Shown here piece by piece: positions 31,269-41,503 of a stretch of 64,000 nucleotides of DNA. The stretch is taken from assembly GCA_965205265.1 (NCBI GenBank), contig CBDBGH010000003.1:256001-320000 (forward strand), read 5' to 3'. The notes beneath the pieces are model-generated. The model saw nothing but the letters and a program-made list of their open reading frames with translations, searched no databases and was not told where the DNA came from. The position numbers were made by a program, and so were the translations under genes. The first letter of the stretch is position 1. The number at the start of each line of letters is the position of its first letter. The stretch is from Alphaproteobacteria bacterium. GTDB lineage: Bacteria; Pseudomonadota; Alphaproteobacteria; Bin95.

Positions 31269-32134
31269 GGCGCGCTTCGCTCCCGGTGCCGGATATAGAG
31301 GCCGCTGGTTATGATGATGGCCGCTGCCGCCAGGGTCCAGCTATCGGGGAGGAAACCGAACACGGCGAGCCCGAGCGCGACCGACCAGACGAACTCGACA
31401 TACATGAAGGGCGCCACCAGCCCCGCCGGGGCGGCCTCATACGCGCGAATCAGCACATATTGGCCGACTGCGCCGAAGAGCGCAGGCAGCGCGAGCAGCC
31501 CCCAGCCGGCGAGGTCGGGCTCGCGCCAGAAGAAGGGCACGATGGCGGAGGTCGCCACGGCGCCCGCAAGCGCGGCATAGAAGAGCGCGGTCGGCGCGGG
31601 CGCCGCATGGCGGAGCGCGCGCGTCGCCACCTGGTAGAGCGCGTAGAAGAGCGCCATGCCGAGCGCCAGCACGACGCCCGCATTCGCGGTCAGCCCGTCG
31701 GGTCCGGCCGCCACGGCGACCGCGGCGAAGCCGACGAGCGCCGCCGCCCAGCGCCTTGCGCCGACGCGCTCCCGAAGCCAGAGGACGGCGAGCGCCATGG
31801 TGAAGAGCGGCGCGACGAAGGTAATGACGGTCATCTCCGGCAGCGCCAGAAGCTCCAGCGCCGCGAAGGAGCAGGCGGTCGAGGCGACGAGGAAGCCGCC
31901 GCGCAAGGTTTGCAGGGCGGGGCGCTCTGTGCGGATGAGCGCGCCCAGGCGGTGCGGCATCAGCAGCGCCAGGGCCGCCAGATGCAGGGTGAAGCGCGCC
32001 CAGACGACCTGCACCGCCGGGTAGCCCGCCTCCGCGCCCGCCTTGGCCGCCGCCTGCATGCACACGAAACAGGCCCCCGCCAGCACCGCGAAGCCGATGC
32101 CGCGCAGCGCTGGCGATGGCGCGGCGGGCGTCAC
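31253..32134 (-). CDS. DMT/EamA family transporter
   Basis: About 10 TM segments; QVVWARF, FVAPLF, LRERVG.RRW, APFMY. GTG start at 32134 inferred. Confidence 0.85.
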   Translation of the reverse strand: MTPAAPSPALRGIGFAVLAGACFVCMQAAAKAGAEAGYPAVQVVWARFTLHLAALALLMPHRLGALIRTERPALQTLRGGFLVASTACSFAALELLALPEMTVITFVAPLFTMALAVLWLRERVGARRWAAALVGFAAVAVAAGPDGLTANAGVVLALGMALFYALYQVATRALRHAAPAPTALFYAALAGAVATSAIVPFFWREPDLAGWGLLALPALFGAVGQYVLIRAYEAAPAGLVAPFMYVEFVWSVALGLAVFGFLPDSWTLAAAAIIITSGLYIRHRERSAPCNSD

Positions 32135-32150
32135 GGCGGAGCCCGGCGCA

Positions 32151-33260
32151 TCAGGCTGCTCCGGCCAGGCGCGCGACCTCCTCGGCGATGGCGGGCGATG
32201 CGGTGAGGCCGGGCGACTCGATGCCGAACAGGTTGACGAGGCCCGGGACCCCGTGCGTCTCCGGCCCCTGCAGCAGGAAGTCCGGCTGCGGCTCGCCGGG
32301 GCCGTGGATTTTCGGCCGGATGCCGGCATAGGCCGGTTGCAGCGCGCCGTCCGCGAGTGCGGGATAGTAGCGCCGGACGGCGTCGTAGAAGCGCTCGGCG
32401 CGGGCTGGATCCACGTCGTATTCCGGGGCCTCCAGCCATTCGAGGTCGGGGCCGAACTTGCACTGGCCCGCGAGGTCCAGCGTGACATGCACGCCCAGCA
32501 CGGACGCCTCCGGCATCGGATAGACCAGGCGGCGGAAGGGCTGGCGGCCGGCGACGGAGAAATAGTTGCCCTTGGCGAAGCGGGCGTTCGGGATATGGCG
32601 GCCGTCCAGGCCCTCGATCCTCGCGGCGACCTCCGGCGCGGCCAGCCCGGCGCTGTTGACGACCAGTCCGGCGGCGAGCGTCATCGGCTCCGCGCCGCCG
32701 ACTTCGAGCTCGATGCCGTCTTCCAGCGCACGCCCGCTCGCGACCGGGGCGTGGAAGGCGATCATTGCGCCCGCCTCCTCGGCATCGCCCTCGAAGGCCA
32801 GCATCAGCGCGTGGCTGTCGATGATGCCGGTGGAGGGGGAGAGCAGGCCTGCCTCCGCCTGCACGGCCGGCTCCAGCGCCCGCACCTCTGCGCCCGTCAG
32901 CAGCTCCAGGTCCGGCACGCCATTGGCGGCGGCGCGCGCCTGCAGGGCCTCCAATTCCGGGATGCGGCTCTCGTCGGCGGCGACGATCAGCTTGCCGATC
33001 CGCTTGTGCGGCAGGCCGCGTTCGGCGCAGTAGTCGTAGAGGAAATGCTTGCCCTCGACGCAGGCCTTCGCCTTGAAGCTGCCGGCCGGATAGTAAATCC
33101 CGGCGTGGATGACCTCGCTGTTGCGGGAACTGGTCTCGGTGCCGATGGCCTCGGCGGCCTCCAGCACGATGACCTCCAGCCCGGCCATGGCGAGCCGGCG
33201 CGCGCAGGCGAGCCCGACCACGCCCGCGCCGATGACGACGCATTCCACCCTCTCCGCCAT
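32151..33260 (-). CDS. FAD-dependent oxidoreductase, L-2-hydroxyglutarate oxidase (LhgO)-like
   Basis: [41 protein letters not shown]. Confidence 0.88.
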   Translation of the reverse strand: MAERVECVVIGAGVVGLACARRLAMAGLEVIVLEAAEAIGTETSSRNSEVIHAGIYYPAGSFKAKACVEGKHFLYDYCAERGLPHKRIGKLIVAADESRIPELEALQARAAANGVPDLELLTGAEVRALEPAVQAEAGLLSPSTGIIDSHALMLAFEGDAEEAGAMIAFHAPVASGRALEDGIELEVGGAEPMTLAAGLVVNSAGLAAPEVAARIEGLDGRHIPNARFAKGNYFSVAGRQPFRRLVYPMPEASVLGVHVTLDLAGQCKFGPDLEWLEAPEYDVDPARAERFYDAVRRYYPALADGALQPAYAGIRPKIHGPGEPQPDFLLQGPETHGVPGLVNLFGIESPGLTASPAIAEEVARLAGAA

Positions 33261-33335
33261 GCTCGCCGGTTCCTCCCGCCCTGCCGCGCCTCTGCCTCGG
33301 GCGTCCCGGTCCGGAAACCTGCCGGGCCGCCCGCC

Positions 33336-34694
33336 TCAGTGCCGCCAGTGCCCCGTTTGCGGGTAGTCGAGGCCGAGATGGTCGCGGAGCGTGGGGCCGG
33401 TATAGTCCTTCCGGTAGAGGCCGCGCTTTTGCAATTCGGGCACCACATGCGTGATGAGGTCCTCGAAGGAACCGTGGAAGTGCGTCGCGCCGACGACGAA
33501 GCCGTCCGAGCCGCGCTCGACGAAGAACTCCTCCATCTTGTCCGCAACCTCCTTCGGCCCGCCGACCCAGGGGTCCTTGAGGAGCCCGCGGCCCGTGGCC
33601 GTCATGAAGTCGCGCACGGTCGGGTTCGGATTGCCGGTCACCTGCACGGCGCGGTCGCGCATGGACTGCATGCCGGTCAGGCCCTCCATTTCCTCGTCGC
33701 TGAACGGCTCGTCCATGCCCTTCCTGGCGAAGTCGTAATTGAGCGCCTCGGAAAGCAGCGAAAGCTGGTCGGTCTCGTTCGGCAGCGTGTCGTAGAGGGC
33801 GCGCTTGTCCTCAGCCTCCATCAGGCTCTCGCCGACCATCGGGTAGAAGAGGCTCGCGATCTTCATGCCGTCCGGGTCGCGCCCGTGCGCGGCGCAATCG
33901 TCCTTCAGCGCCTTGTAGGCGGGCTTCGCCGCTTCGAGGCTCGGATAGGCCACGAAGATGAGCTCGCCCCAGCGCGCCGCGAACCGTCGGCCCCGGCCGG
34001 ACTGGCCCGCCTGGATGACCACCGGGTGGCCCTGGGCCGAGCGCGGCACGGTGAACGGCCCCCGGGACTTGAAGAACGGCCCCTCATGGTCGAGGCGATG
34101 CACCTTGTCCGGGTCGGCGAAGACGTTGTTCTCCCGGTCCAGCACCAGCGCGTCGTCGTCCCAGGCGTCCCAGTGGCCGTGGACCACCTCCATGAACTCG
34201 TCCGCCCGGTCGTAGCGCAGGTCGTGCTCGGTCACGCCGTCGCGCCCCATGTTGAGCGCCTCGTTCTCGTTGACGGAGGTGACGACGTTCCAGGCCGCGC
34301 GTCCGCTGGACATGAGGTCGAGCGTCGAGAACATCCGCGCCACATGGAAGGGGTCGTAATAGGTCGTCGAGCAGGTGGCGCCGAGGCCGAGCCGCTCCGT
34401 CGCCATGCCCATCGCCATCAGGGTCACGATGGGGTCCATCTTCACGCAGCGTATGCCGTGCTCGACGGTGTGCGCGTGGTCCTTGCCGAACATGTCCGGC
34501 ATGGCGAGCCGGTCGTCGAAGAAACCGATATCGAATTTGCCGTGCTCCAGCAGCCGGGCGAGGTCGCGGTAGTAGTCCGCCGACATGAAGTCCAGCCTCG
34601 CATCCGGGTGGCGCCAGGCGGCGGGCAGGGTGGAGCAATTCTGCGCCTGGAGGAAAGCGACGAGGGCGATCTGGCGGTCTGGTTTTCGGCTCAT
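33336..34694 (-). CDS. LLM-class flavin-dependent monooxygenase (NtaA/DmoA/SnaA family)
   Basis: AWRHP, KFDIGFFDD, GRAAWNVVTS, HDLRYDRADEF, QAGQS..GR.FAA, VVPELQKRG...TLRDHLGL. Confidence 0.9.
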   Translation of the reverse strand: MSRKPDRQIALVAFLQAQNCSTLPAAWRHPDARLDFMSADYYRDLARLLEHGKFDIGFFDDRLAMPDMFGKDHAHTVEHGIRCVKMDPIVTLMAMGMATERLGLGATCSTTYYDPFHVARMFSTLDLMSSGRAAWNVVTSVNENEALNMGRDGVTEHDLRYDRADEFMEVVHGHWDAWDDDALVLDRENNVFADPDKVHRLDHEGPFFKSRGPFTVPRSAQGHPVVIQAGQSGRGRRFAARWGELIFVAYPSLEAAKPAYKALKDDCAAHGRDPDGMKIASLFYPMVGESLMEAEDKRALYDTLPNETDQLSLLSEALNYDFARKGMDEPFSDEEMEGLTGMQSMRDRAVQVTGNPNPTVRDFMTATGRGLLKDPWVGGPKEVADKMEEFFVERGSDGFVVGATHFHGSFEDLITHVVPELQKRGLYRKDYTGPTLRDHLGLDYPQTGHWRH

Positions 34695-34725
34695 CTGTGC
34701 GGCTTCTGTCTCCGGAATTTCCCTT

Positions 34726-36054
34726 TCAGCCTGCCGCCATTCGCGAGCGCCGTCCAGCCGCCTCCGCCCCGAACAGCGCGCGGCGCCAGCGAAACGCGAT
34801 AAACGCCGTGCCCGCGAGGCCCGCAAGCGCGTAGCCCAGCACCGTCGCCCGGTAGCCGACCGTCTCGATCAGCGCGCCGCCGAGCGGCAGGCCGACCGCC
34901 ATGCCGTAAACCGCAAGCATGCGCACGCCCATCACCATGCCCCGGAGCCGCGGATTCGAGCGCCGGAGCAGGAACACCGCGAGGCCGATCATCGCCCCGC
35001 CCTGGACGGTCCCCACTGCGACCATCACCGCCATGCCGGTCCATTTTTCGGTCATCTGCGAGAAGACCATGAGCAGCAGGTACCAGAGCGCTACGCCCGC
35101 GAACACGGCGCCGACCGGCGACCGGCGCGGGCCGCCGCCCACGGCCATGGCGAAGGAGCCGATGAAAGCGCCGGCGGCGTAACTCGCCAGCAGGTGCGAG
35201 AGGCCGACCGCGTCCAGCCCGTAAACCGTGCGCGCGGCATAGGGCATGAGCCCGCTGGAAATGGGGAAGCCCGTGAGGTTGACCAGGAAGGCCAGCCACA
35301 TTGCCGCCATGAGCGCGGGCGTGCGCCGGATATGCCGGAAGCCTGCCCGGAGTTCGGCCAGCATGGACAGGCCCCTGCCGCGCGGGCGCGCGCGCCGCCC
35401 GCCGACGCCGAAACTGAGCGCGAAGGCCGCCAGGTAGAAGGCGGCCACGACCAGGTATGCCGGACCGATGCCGAGCGACTGGAACAGCGTCGCCCCGATG
35501 AGCGCCCCGGCGATGCGCGCCAGGTCCTGAGTCGTGCGCGAGAAGCCCATGGCGTTGACGAGCAGCCGGTCGGCCATGGTGTCGCCGACCAGCGCGTTGC
35601 GCATCACGAGGTCGGAGGGGCGGACCAGACCGGCGAGCGCGGCGATGGCGAACACGGCTGCGGGATCCAGCCGGTCCGTGAGGCCGAGGGCGGCGAGGCA
35701 GCCGGCGAGCATGAGGTAGAAGCCGCGCATGGCCGCGATCATGGCGCGGCGGCCGAGCCGGTCGGCGAGCGAGCCCAGCGCCGGGGCCAGCAGCGTGCCG
35801 AGGAACTGGAGCGCGGCGAAGGCGGTCTGGAGCATCACCGAGCCGGTCGCGACCAGCACGAACCAGTTGAGGATCAGCGTTTCCATCTCGAAGGCGAGCG
35901 AAGTGGCGAGGTCGCCCGGCCACTGGAACCGGAAGCTGCGCACGGCGAAGGGCGCAAACACGCCGCGCAGACGGGAGGAGCGTTCAGGCTGGATGTCGGA
36001 AATCGGTCTTACTCCGGCCCGGCGCGGCCCCCGGCTCTCAACTCGCGGCGCCAT
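34726..36054 (-). CDS. MFS transporter
   Basis: Hydrophobic, about 12 TM segments; GSLADRLGRR (motif A), RGMVMG. Start uncertain. Confidence 0.8.
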   Translation of the reverse strand: MAPRVESRGPRRAGVRPISDIQPERSSRLRGVFAPFAVRSFRFQWPGDLATSLAFEMETLILNWFVLVATGSVMLQTAFAALQFLGTLLAPALGSLADRLGRRAMIAAMRGFYLMLAGCLAALGLTDRLDPAAVFAIAALAGLVRPSDLVMRNALVGDTMADRLLVNAMGFSRTTQDLARIAGALIGATLFQSLGIGPAYLVVAAFYLAAFALSFGVGGRRARPRGRGLSMLAELRAGFRHIRRTPALMAAMWLAFLVNLTGFPISSGLMPYAARTVYGLDAVGLSHLLASYAAGAFIGSFAMAVGGGPRRSPVGAVFAGVALWYLLLMVFSQMTEKWTGMAVMVAVGTVQGGAMIGLAVFLLRRSNPRLRGMVMGVRMLAVYGMAVGLPLGGALIETVGYRATVLGYALAGLAGTAFIAFRWRRALFGAEAAGRRSRMAAG

Positions 36055-36070
36055 GCTACCTTCCCTGTCC

Positions 36071-37165
36071 ATGACAGACGAGAACGACCGCCTTGTCGAT
36101 GCGATAACGGGTATTTTGCCGCCCTTGCTGAACGCGCTGGACGGCCTCGAATTCGCCGCCCGCAACCTCCATCCGGAGGGGCTGGAGCGGCTCTGGTCCA
36201 TGCTCTCCCCGCTCGCCGATGCTCTCCGCAATGCCCGACCGGCGCTGGAAGAAGCCGCCTGGCCGGAACGGCTCGACGGCCCGAAACAGGCGCTCGCCGG
36301 CAGCGCCGACACGGCGCTCGACGCGCTGGCGCGCATGGAGGTGGCGGGCGGAACGGGCGATATGCAGGAGGCGCTTCGGGGCACGCGCGCCCGTGCGCCT
36401 GCGCTCGAATATCTCTACCCGCTTTCGCCGATGCTGCCGCCGGTCAGCAGGTTCTTCCTGGAGCCCCCGGCGCGCAGCGACGAAGGGCGTCTGGAACGGC
36501 TCGCCCGGCCCGGGCGACCGGAGGCGGGCGTCACCCATTTCGGCAATGGCCGCGGCGAGCGCGGCGGCTGGTCGCTGTTCGTGCCGGAGGACCTGGACCC
36601 GGACACGCCGGCGCCGCTCGTCGTGGCGCTGCATGGCGGCGGCGGCCACGGGCGGCTGTTCCTGTGGAGCTGGCTGCGGGCGGCGCGCACGGCAGGCGCG
36701 ATCCTCGCCGCGCCGACCTCGACCGCGCGGACCTGGGCGCTGATGGGCGACGACCCCGACACGCCGCGCCTGCTGGAGATCGTCGCGGAAATCGGCGGGC
36801 GACACAGGGTGGACCCGGCGCGGCTGCTGCTGACCGGCATGAGCGACGGCGCGACCTTCAGCTATGTCTCGGCCCTGCCGTCGGACGGCCCCTGGACGCA
36901 TCTGGCGCCCTTCGCCGGCACCTTCCACCCCATGCTGCTGGAGTTCATCAGCGCCGGGCGGCTGAAGGGCCTGCCGATCTACCTCGCGCACGGGGCGCTC
37001 GACTGGATGTTCCCGGTCGCCGTCGCCCGCGCCGCCCGCGACGCCTTCTCGGCGCGGGGCGCGGCCGTCACCTACCGCGAACTCCCGGACCTCGCCCACG
37101 CCTTCCCGACCGAGGAATGCGCCGCCGTGCTCGCCTGGCTGAAGCAGACGCCGGCGGCCGGCTGA
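36071..37165 (+). CDS. Alpha/beta hydrolase (phospholipase/carboxylesterase-like) with N-terminal helical extension
   Basis: VVALHGGGG, nucleophile motif GMSDG, HGALDWMFP, DLAH. Confidence 0.8.
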   Translation: MTDENDRLVDAITGILPPLLNALDGLEFAARNLHPEGLERLWSMLSPLADALRNARPALEEAAWPERLDGPKQALAGSADTALDALARMEVAGGTGDMQEALRGTRARAPALEYLYPLSPMLPPVSRFFLEPPARSDEGRLERLARPGRPEAGVTHFGNGRGERGGWSLFVPEDLDPDTPAPLVVALHGGGGHGRLFLWSWLRAARTAGAILAAPTSTARTWALMGDDPDTPRLLEIVAEIGGRHRVDPARLLLTGMSDGATFSYVSALPSDGPWTHLAPFAGTFHPMLLEFISAGRLKGLPIYLAHGALDWMFPVAVARAARDAFSARGAAVTYRELPDLAHAFPTEECAAVLAWLKQTPAAG

Positions 37166-37253
37166 GCCGCCGGGAGCATCGCGGCATGTCATGTTTGGGG
37201 CTTATATGGACAGGTTGACGACAGGTTTGCGAGGCTTCGCGCCTTCTCTCCAG

Positions 37254-37341
37254 CGTCATACCCGGACTTGTTCCGGGTATCCCTTTCCACCGTTGCTGCC
37301 GGACGGCCGCATGGATACCCGGAACAAGTCCGGGTATGACG
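37254..37341. repeat. GTCA..TGAC REP-like palindrome, copy 1
   Basis: 29-bp perfect inverted repeat CGTCATACCCGGACTTGTTCCGGGTATCC / GGATACCCGGAACAAGTCCGGGTATGACG; each arm is itself a hairpin. Confidence 0.9.
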
Positions 37342-37798
37342 GAGAGGGCGTTAAGGCATGACGGAAGAAATGTCGTTGGCCTCCCCCGCCAACCTATCTA
37401 TGTAATCCCCTCATGTTTTGTCATGCGGGGCCGGCGGGACCCCGACTCGCGCGTATACTGCGCGCTCGCGCGCGCAAGCCGGGCGCAGGGCGCACCTCAC
37501 CCGTTGGCCGAATCGGGGGCTGTTTCTCGCCGATGCGAAACAGCAGGGGAAGCGGCCCCGCGAACGCCGCCTCCTTCCTGCCTCCTCGTTTCGAGTAGGC
37601 TTTATATCATATATGTCAAGAATCAAAAAAGAATTATTACAGGAAATACGAACAAAAAGCTTCTTATCCCCGATTGCGCCGTCAGGCTGGCGGCCTGACG
37701 GGCGATAGGATTTTCGCCGCATAGGGGCTATGTATCGGCAGGGCGGGCGGGCTGGCCGCGCGGCCCCGGAAGGAAAGTCAGGAAGCGGAAGACCGGCA

Positions 37799-38797
37799 AT
37801 GACCGAAGCAGTGAGCGAAGCCGCCCCGGAGAACATGCGCCTCGGCGTGTTCCACTACATGCAGCCCTCGGCGGCTTCGTCGCTCTACCGCAACGGCAGG
37901 GTGCTGACCCGCCGGGATCGCGACGGCAGCGACAGCGGCCGGGTGGGCGTAGATCTGGAAGAGCGGGACATGCCGATCCTAGACGCGCGCGGGCTCGCGC
38001 CGGGGGAACAGCCGACGCTCGCCGCCAACGGGTTCGAGTTGCTCCGGCGACCGATGGCCGACCCGGACCTGGACTTCCTCGACCATGACGCGGTGGTGCG
38101 GGCCTACTATCCCGAATGCGCCGAAATCGTGCGCGCGGCGACAGGGGCGGCGACCGTCGCGGCCTTCGACCACAATATCCGCTCCGCCGCCGGCAAGTCC
38201 GGCCAGCAGCGCATCGCCGGCGGCCAGCAGGTGCAGGGGCCGGCCCATCTGGTGCATGGCGACTACACGCTGACCAGCGCGCCGCAGCGCCTCCGCGACC
38301 TCGCCCGCCCGCCGACCCTGAACGACACCTACCGCACGGCGCTTCCCGAGGGCGCCACGCTGCTGGATGGGGACGCGGTGGAAGAGGCGGTGGAGAGCGG
38401 GCGCTTCGCGATCGTCAATGTCTGGCGCAACATCGCGCGCGAGCCGGTGGCGACCCGGCCGCTTGCGCTCTGCGACGCCGCCAGCGTGCGCCCGGAAGAG
38501 CTGGTCGTGTTCGAAATCCACTATGGCGACCGGGTCGGCGAGAACTATTTCGCCAAGCACGACCCGCGCCACCGCTGGGTTTACTGGTCCGCCATGACCC
38601 GCGAGGAGGCGCTGCTCCTCAAGCAGTGGGATTCGGCCGGCGAACTGGCCCGGTCCGGGGGCGCCAGGGCCGATGCCGAGGGCGCGGACGGGCCCTGTAC
38701 CTTCAGCTTCCACAGCGCCTTCGAAGACCCCGCAACCCCGCCCGACGCCCCCGACCGCTGGAGCATCGAAGTCCGCTGCGCCGTGCTTTACGGGTGA
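37799..38797 (+). CDS. CmcJ/NvfI/AsaB-family putative Fe(II)/2-oxoglutarate oxygenase
   Basis: TLAANGFEL, YYPEC, AFDHNIR, VHGDYT (HxD), VNVWRNI, PLALCDA, LLKQWDS, HSAF.DP, RWSIEVR. Confidence 0.8.
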   Translation: MTEAVSEAAPENMRLGVFHYMQPSAASSLYRNGRVLTRRDRDGSDSGRVGVDLEERDMPILDARGLAPGEQPTLAANGFELLRRPMADPDLDFLDHDAVVRAYYPECAEIVRAATGAATVAAFDHNIRSAAGKSGQQRIAGGQQVQGPAHLVHGDYTLTSAPQRLRDLARPPTLNDTYRTALPEGATLLDGDAVEEAVESGRFAIVNVWRNIAREPVATRPLALCDAASVRPEELVVFEIHYGDRVGENYFAKHDPRHRWVYWSAMTREEALLLKQWDSAGELARSGGARADAEGADGPCTFSFHSAFEDPATPPDAPDRWSIEVRCAVLYG

Positions 38798-38888
38798 CGG
38801 GGGCGGCCACTGGCATGTGGATCAGGAATCCCGCTGGAAGCTGCGGTATGCCGGGCCGGATCGGCGTTGGAACGGGGCTGTCCGTTGC

Positions 38889-40148
38889 TCAGGCTTCCCA
38901 GAGCATTCTGAAGGGCATCGCAAACAACCCGGCGCCCGTTCGCTGAATGCGCTCGCCGTCGTGCAGGACGATCCCGCAGGCGAACCTGTCCCCCACTGTC
39001 TCCTTCAGGCGCTGCAGTCCCCTGAAATCCCGGGGATGCGCCGTCGCCCTCGCCTTGACTTCGATTCCTACAACGGCGCCCGGCGAACGCTCCAGAACGA
39101 GATCGACTTCCATGCCGTCCTTGTCGCGATAATGAGTGACGGTCGTCGTTTCGTCCGAGAGGGCGATGGCCTTGGCGATCTCCCCATGCACGAAACTCTC
39201 AAGCAGCGGTCCCAGCTTCTGGCGGTCCTGCACGATGTCCGCAGCTTCCGTCCGCAGCAGCGCCGCGAGCAGGCCGGAATCCAGAAACTGGAGCTTAGGC
39301 GTCCTGACCAGCCGCTTCAGCCGGCTGCTGTGCCAGGCGCGAACGCGGCGAATCAGGAACATGTGCTCCAGCAGCACCAGCCAGCGATCCACGGTCTTGC
39401 CATCGACGCCGAGGCGCGCGCCGAGGCCGGACATGTTGAGCAACTGGCCTGCCGAGACGGCCGCATGGTCGATCAGGCGGGCCATTTCGTCTCGTTTCCC
39501 GACAGGCGCGATATCCGGGACATCGCGTTCGGCAAGCGCCTGCACATAGGCGCGCAGCCAGGAACGCCGACGGGACGCGGCGGCGCGGGCGAGCGCCGCC
39601 GGATATCCGCCGGCAACGACCCGCTCGACGAGATCGGCCGTCGGCCCCGTCTCCTCGATTGCCGGAAAGTCGCCGGCAAAGGCCCGGTCGAGGAAACGCG
39701 GCGGAGCGGCGCCGGCGATCTCGGCCTGGGAGAACGGCAGGAGCTCAACGGTCTCGACGCGCCCGGCCAGGGAATCCGGGGAAATAGCGCCCCTGAACAG
39801 ATCGACCGAACCTGTAATCAGATAGCGACCGGGATCGGGATACTCGTCGACTTCCTTCTTGAGTGCCAGGATCAGGTTCGGAGCGCGCTGGATTTCGTCG
39901 ATTACAACGTTTCGCAGGCCCCGGACGAAGCCGGCAGGATCGTCTTGAGCGAACCGCCTGGACTGGTCGTCGTCCAGAGAAACGAAGGCCCGTCCTTCGC
40001 CATCGGCAATGCGCCGGGCGAGCGTTGTCTTGCCGGACTGGCGCGGTCCCACGATGGCGACAATACGGGTGTCCGTCAGCGCCAGGCGAACGGACGCCTC
40101 GGCGTGCCGCGCCACAAAGGTTTCGGCGGGGAGCGTCCAGTTCGGCAC
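38889..40148 (-). CDS. AAA_14 ATPase with DUF4143 and C-terminal nuclease-like domain
   Basis: GPRQSGKTT, IDEIQR, LITGS, DSLAGR, GGYP, PKLQFLDSGL, YRDKDGMEVDLV, IEVKA. Confidence 0.9.
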   Translation of the reverse strand: MPNWTLPAETFVARHAEASVRLALTDTRIVAIVGPRQSGKTTLARRIADGEGRAFVSLDDDQSRRFAQDDPAGFVRGLRNVVIDEIQRAPNLILALKKEVDEYPDPGRYLITGSVDLFRGAISPDSLAGRVETVELLPFSQAEIAGAAPPRFLDRAFAGDFPAIEETGPTADLVERVVAGGYPAALARAAASRRRSWLRAYVQALAERDVPDIAPVGKRDEMARLIDHAAVSAGQLLNMSGLGARLGVDGKTVDRWLVLLEHMFLIRRVRAWHSSRLKRLVRTPKLQFLDSGLLAALLRTEAADIVQDRQKLGPLLESFVHGEIAKAIALSDETTTVTHYRDKDGMEVDLVLERSPGAVVGIEVKARATAHPRDFRGLQRLKETVGDRFACGIVLHDGERIQRTGAGLFAMPFRMLWEA

Positions 40149-40192
40149 AGTTTACCGTCCAATTCGGAATCATCGTCCGTCCAATCCGGAAT
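40134..40192. promoter_or_regulatory. Three 15-bp direct repeats at exact 22-bp period overlapping the AAA ATPase start
   Basis: CGTCCAGTTCGGCAC (40134), CGTCCAATTCGGAAT (40156), CGTCCAATCCGGAAT (40178). Confidence 0.6.
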
Positions 40193-40316
40193 ATAGCGCC
40201 GCGCGATCCGGCAGTCACCCGCGAATTCTGCGCATGTTCGTGAGGCCGTACACCCGCTCCGCTTGCCGTCGGCGCGGAAACGGCTACGCTCCCCGCCAGC
40301 GAGGAGGTTTGGGGCG

Positions 40317-41483
40317 ATGCCGTTCGATCTGGTTGAAGAACACGCCATGCTGCGCGACCTGGTGGCGAAGTTCGTGGACAACGAGCTGATGCCGCTGGAG
40401 AAGGCCGTGATGGCGCGCGAGGCGGCGGGCGGGGAAATCCGGCTGACCGAGGAGGAGCTGGCCCCGCTGCTCGACAAGTGCCGGGAGCTCGGCCTCTGGG
40501 CGCTCGACGCGCCGGAGGAGGCGGGCGGCGTGAACCTGCCGGCCGTCGCGCTGGTCGGCGTCAACGAGGAGCTCGGCCGCACGATCACCCCCTTCGTCTT
40601 CCCGCCCGACTCGCCCAATCTCCACATGCTGCTGGCCGTCGCCGACGAGCGCCAGAAGCGGCTCTACATGGAGCCCTATGCGAGCGGCGAGGCGCAGTCC
40701 GCCATCGCGATCTCCGAGCCCGGCGCCGGCGGCGACCCGGCCGGCATGAGCACCCGCGCGGTCAAGGACGGCGACCACTGGGTGATCGACGGGCGCAAGA
40801 TCTGGATCAGCCGTGTGCCCTACGCCGACTTCACCATCGTCATGGCGCTCACCGACCCGGAAAAACGCGCGCGCGGCGGCATCACCGCCTTCATCGTCGA
40901 GAAGGACACGCCCGGCTTCATCGTCGAGCGCGAAATCCCCATGCTGGGCGGCCAGCGCACCTATGAGGTCGTGTTCGAGAACTGCCGCGTGCATGAGAGC
41001 CAGGTGCTGGGGCAGGTGGGCAACGGGTTCGGGCCGATGCAGCTCCGCCTGACCGTGCGCCGGCTCCAGATCGGCGCCTGGTGCGTCGGCATGGCGCGGC
41101 GTGCGCTCAAGATGCTCTGCGAACATGCGAGCCAGCGCGTGACGTTCGGGGAGCGCCTCGCGGACCGGCAGGCGATCCAGTGGTGGATCGCCGACGGCGC
41201 GACCAAGGTCCATGCCTGCTCGCTGATGGTGATGGACGCCGCCGTGAAGCAGGACCGCGGCGAGGACGTGCGCACCGAGGCCTCGATGATAAAGGTCTAT
41301 GCCACGGAGATGGCGACCGAGATCGTGGACCATGCCCAGCAGGCCTTCGGGGCGATGGGCGTCACCAGGGAACTGCCGCTCCAGCTGATGGCCCAGAAGG
41401 TGCGGCTGATGCGCGTCTATGAGGGGCCGAGCGAAGTCCACCGCATGGTGATTGCGCGGCGCATGCTGCGCGCGCACGGTTAG
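40317..41483 (+). CDS. Acyl-CoA dehydrogenase
   Basis: AISEPGAGGD, GRKIWIS, RVTFGERLADRQAIQW, RVYEGPSEVHR; AGGAGG RBS. Confidence 0.92.
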   Translation: MPFDLVEEHAMLRDLVAKFVDNELMPLEKAVMAREAAGGEIRLTEEELAPLLDKCRELGLWALDAPEEAGGVNLPAVALVGVNEELGRTITPFVFPPDSPNLHMLLAVADERQKRLYMEPYASGEAQSAIAISEPGAGGDPAGMSTRAVKDGDHWVIDGRKIWISRVPYADFTIVMALTDPEKRARGGITAFIVEKDTPGFIVEREIPMLGGQRTYEVVFENCRVHESQVLGQVGNGFGPMQLRLTVRRLQIGAWCVGMARRALKMLCEHASQRVTFGERLADRQAIQWWIADGATKVHACSLMVMDAAVKQDRGEDVRTEASMIKVYATEMATEIVDHAQQAFGAMGVTRELPLQLMAQKVRLMRVYEGPSEVHRMVIARRMLRAHG

Positions 41484-41503
41484 CGGCGAACAGGGAGGCT
41501 CCG

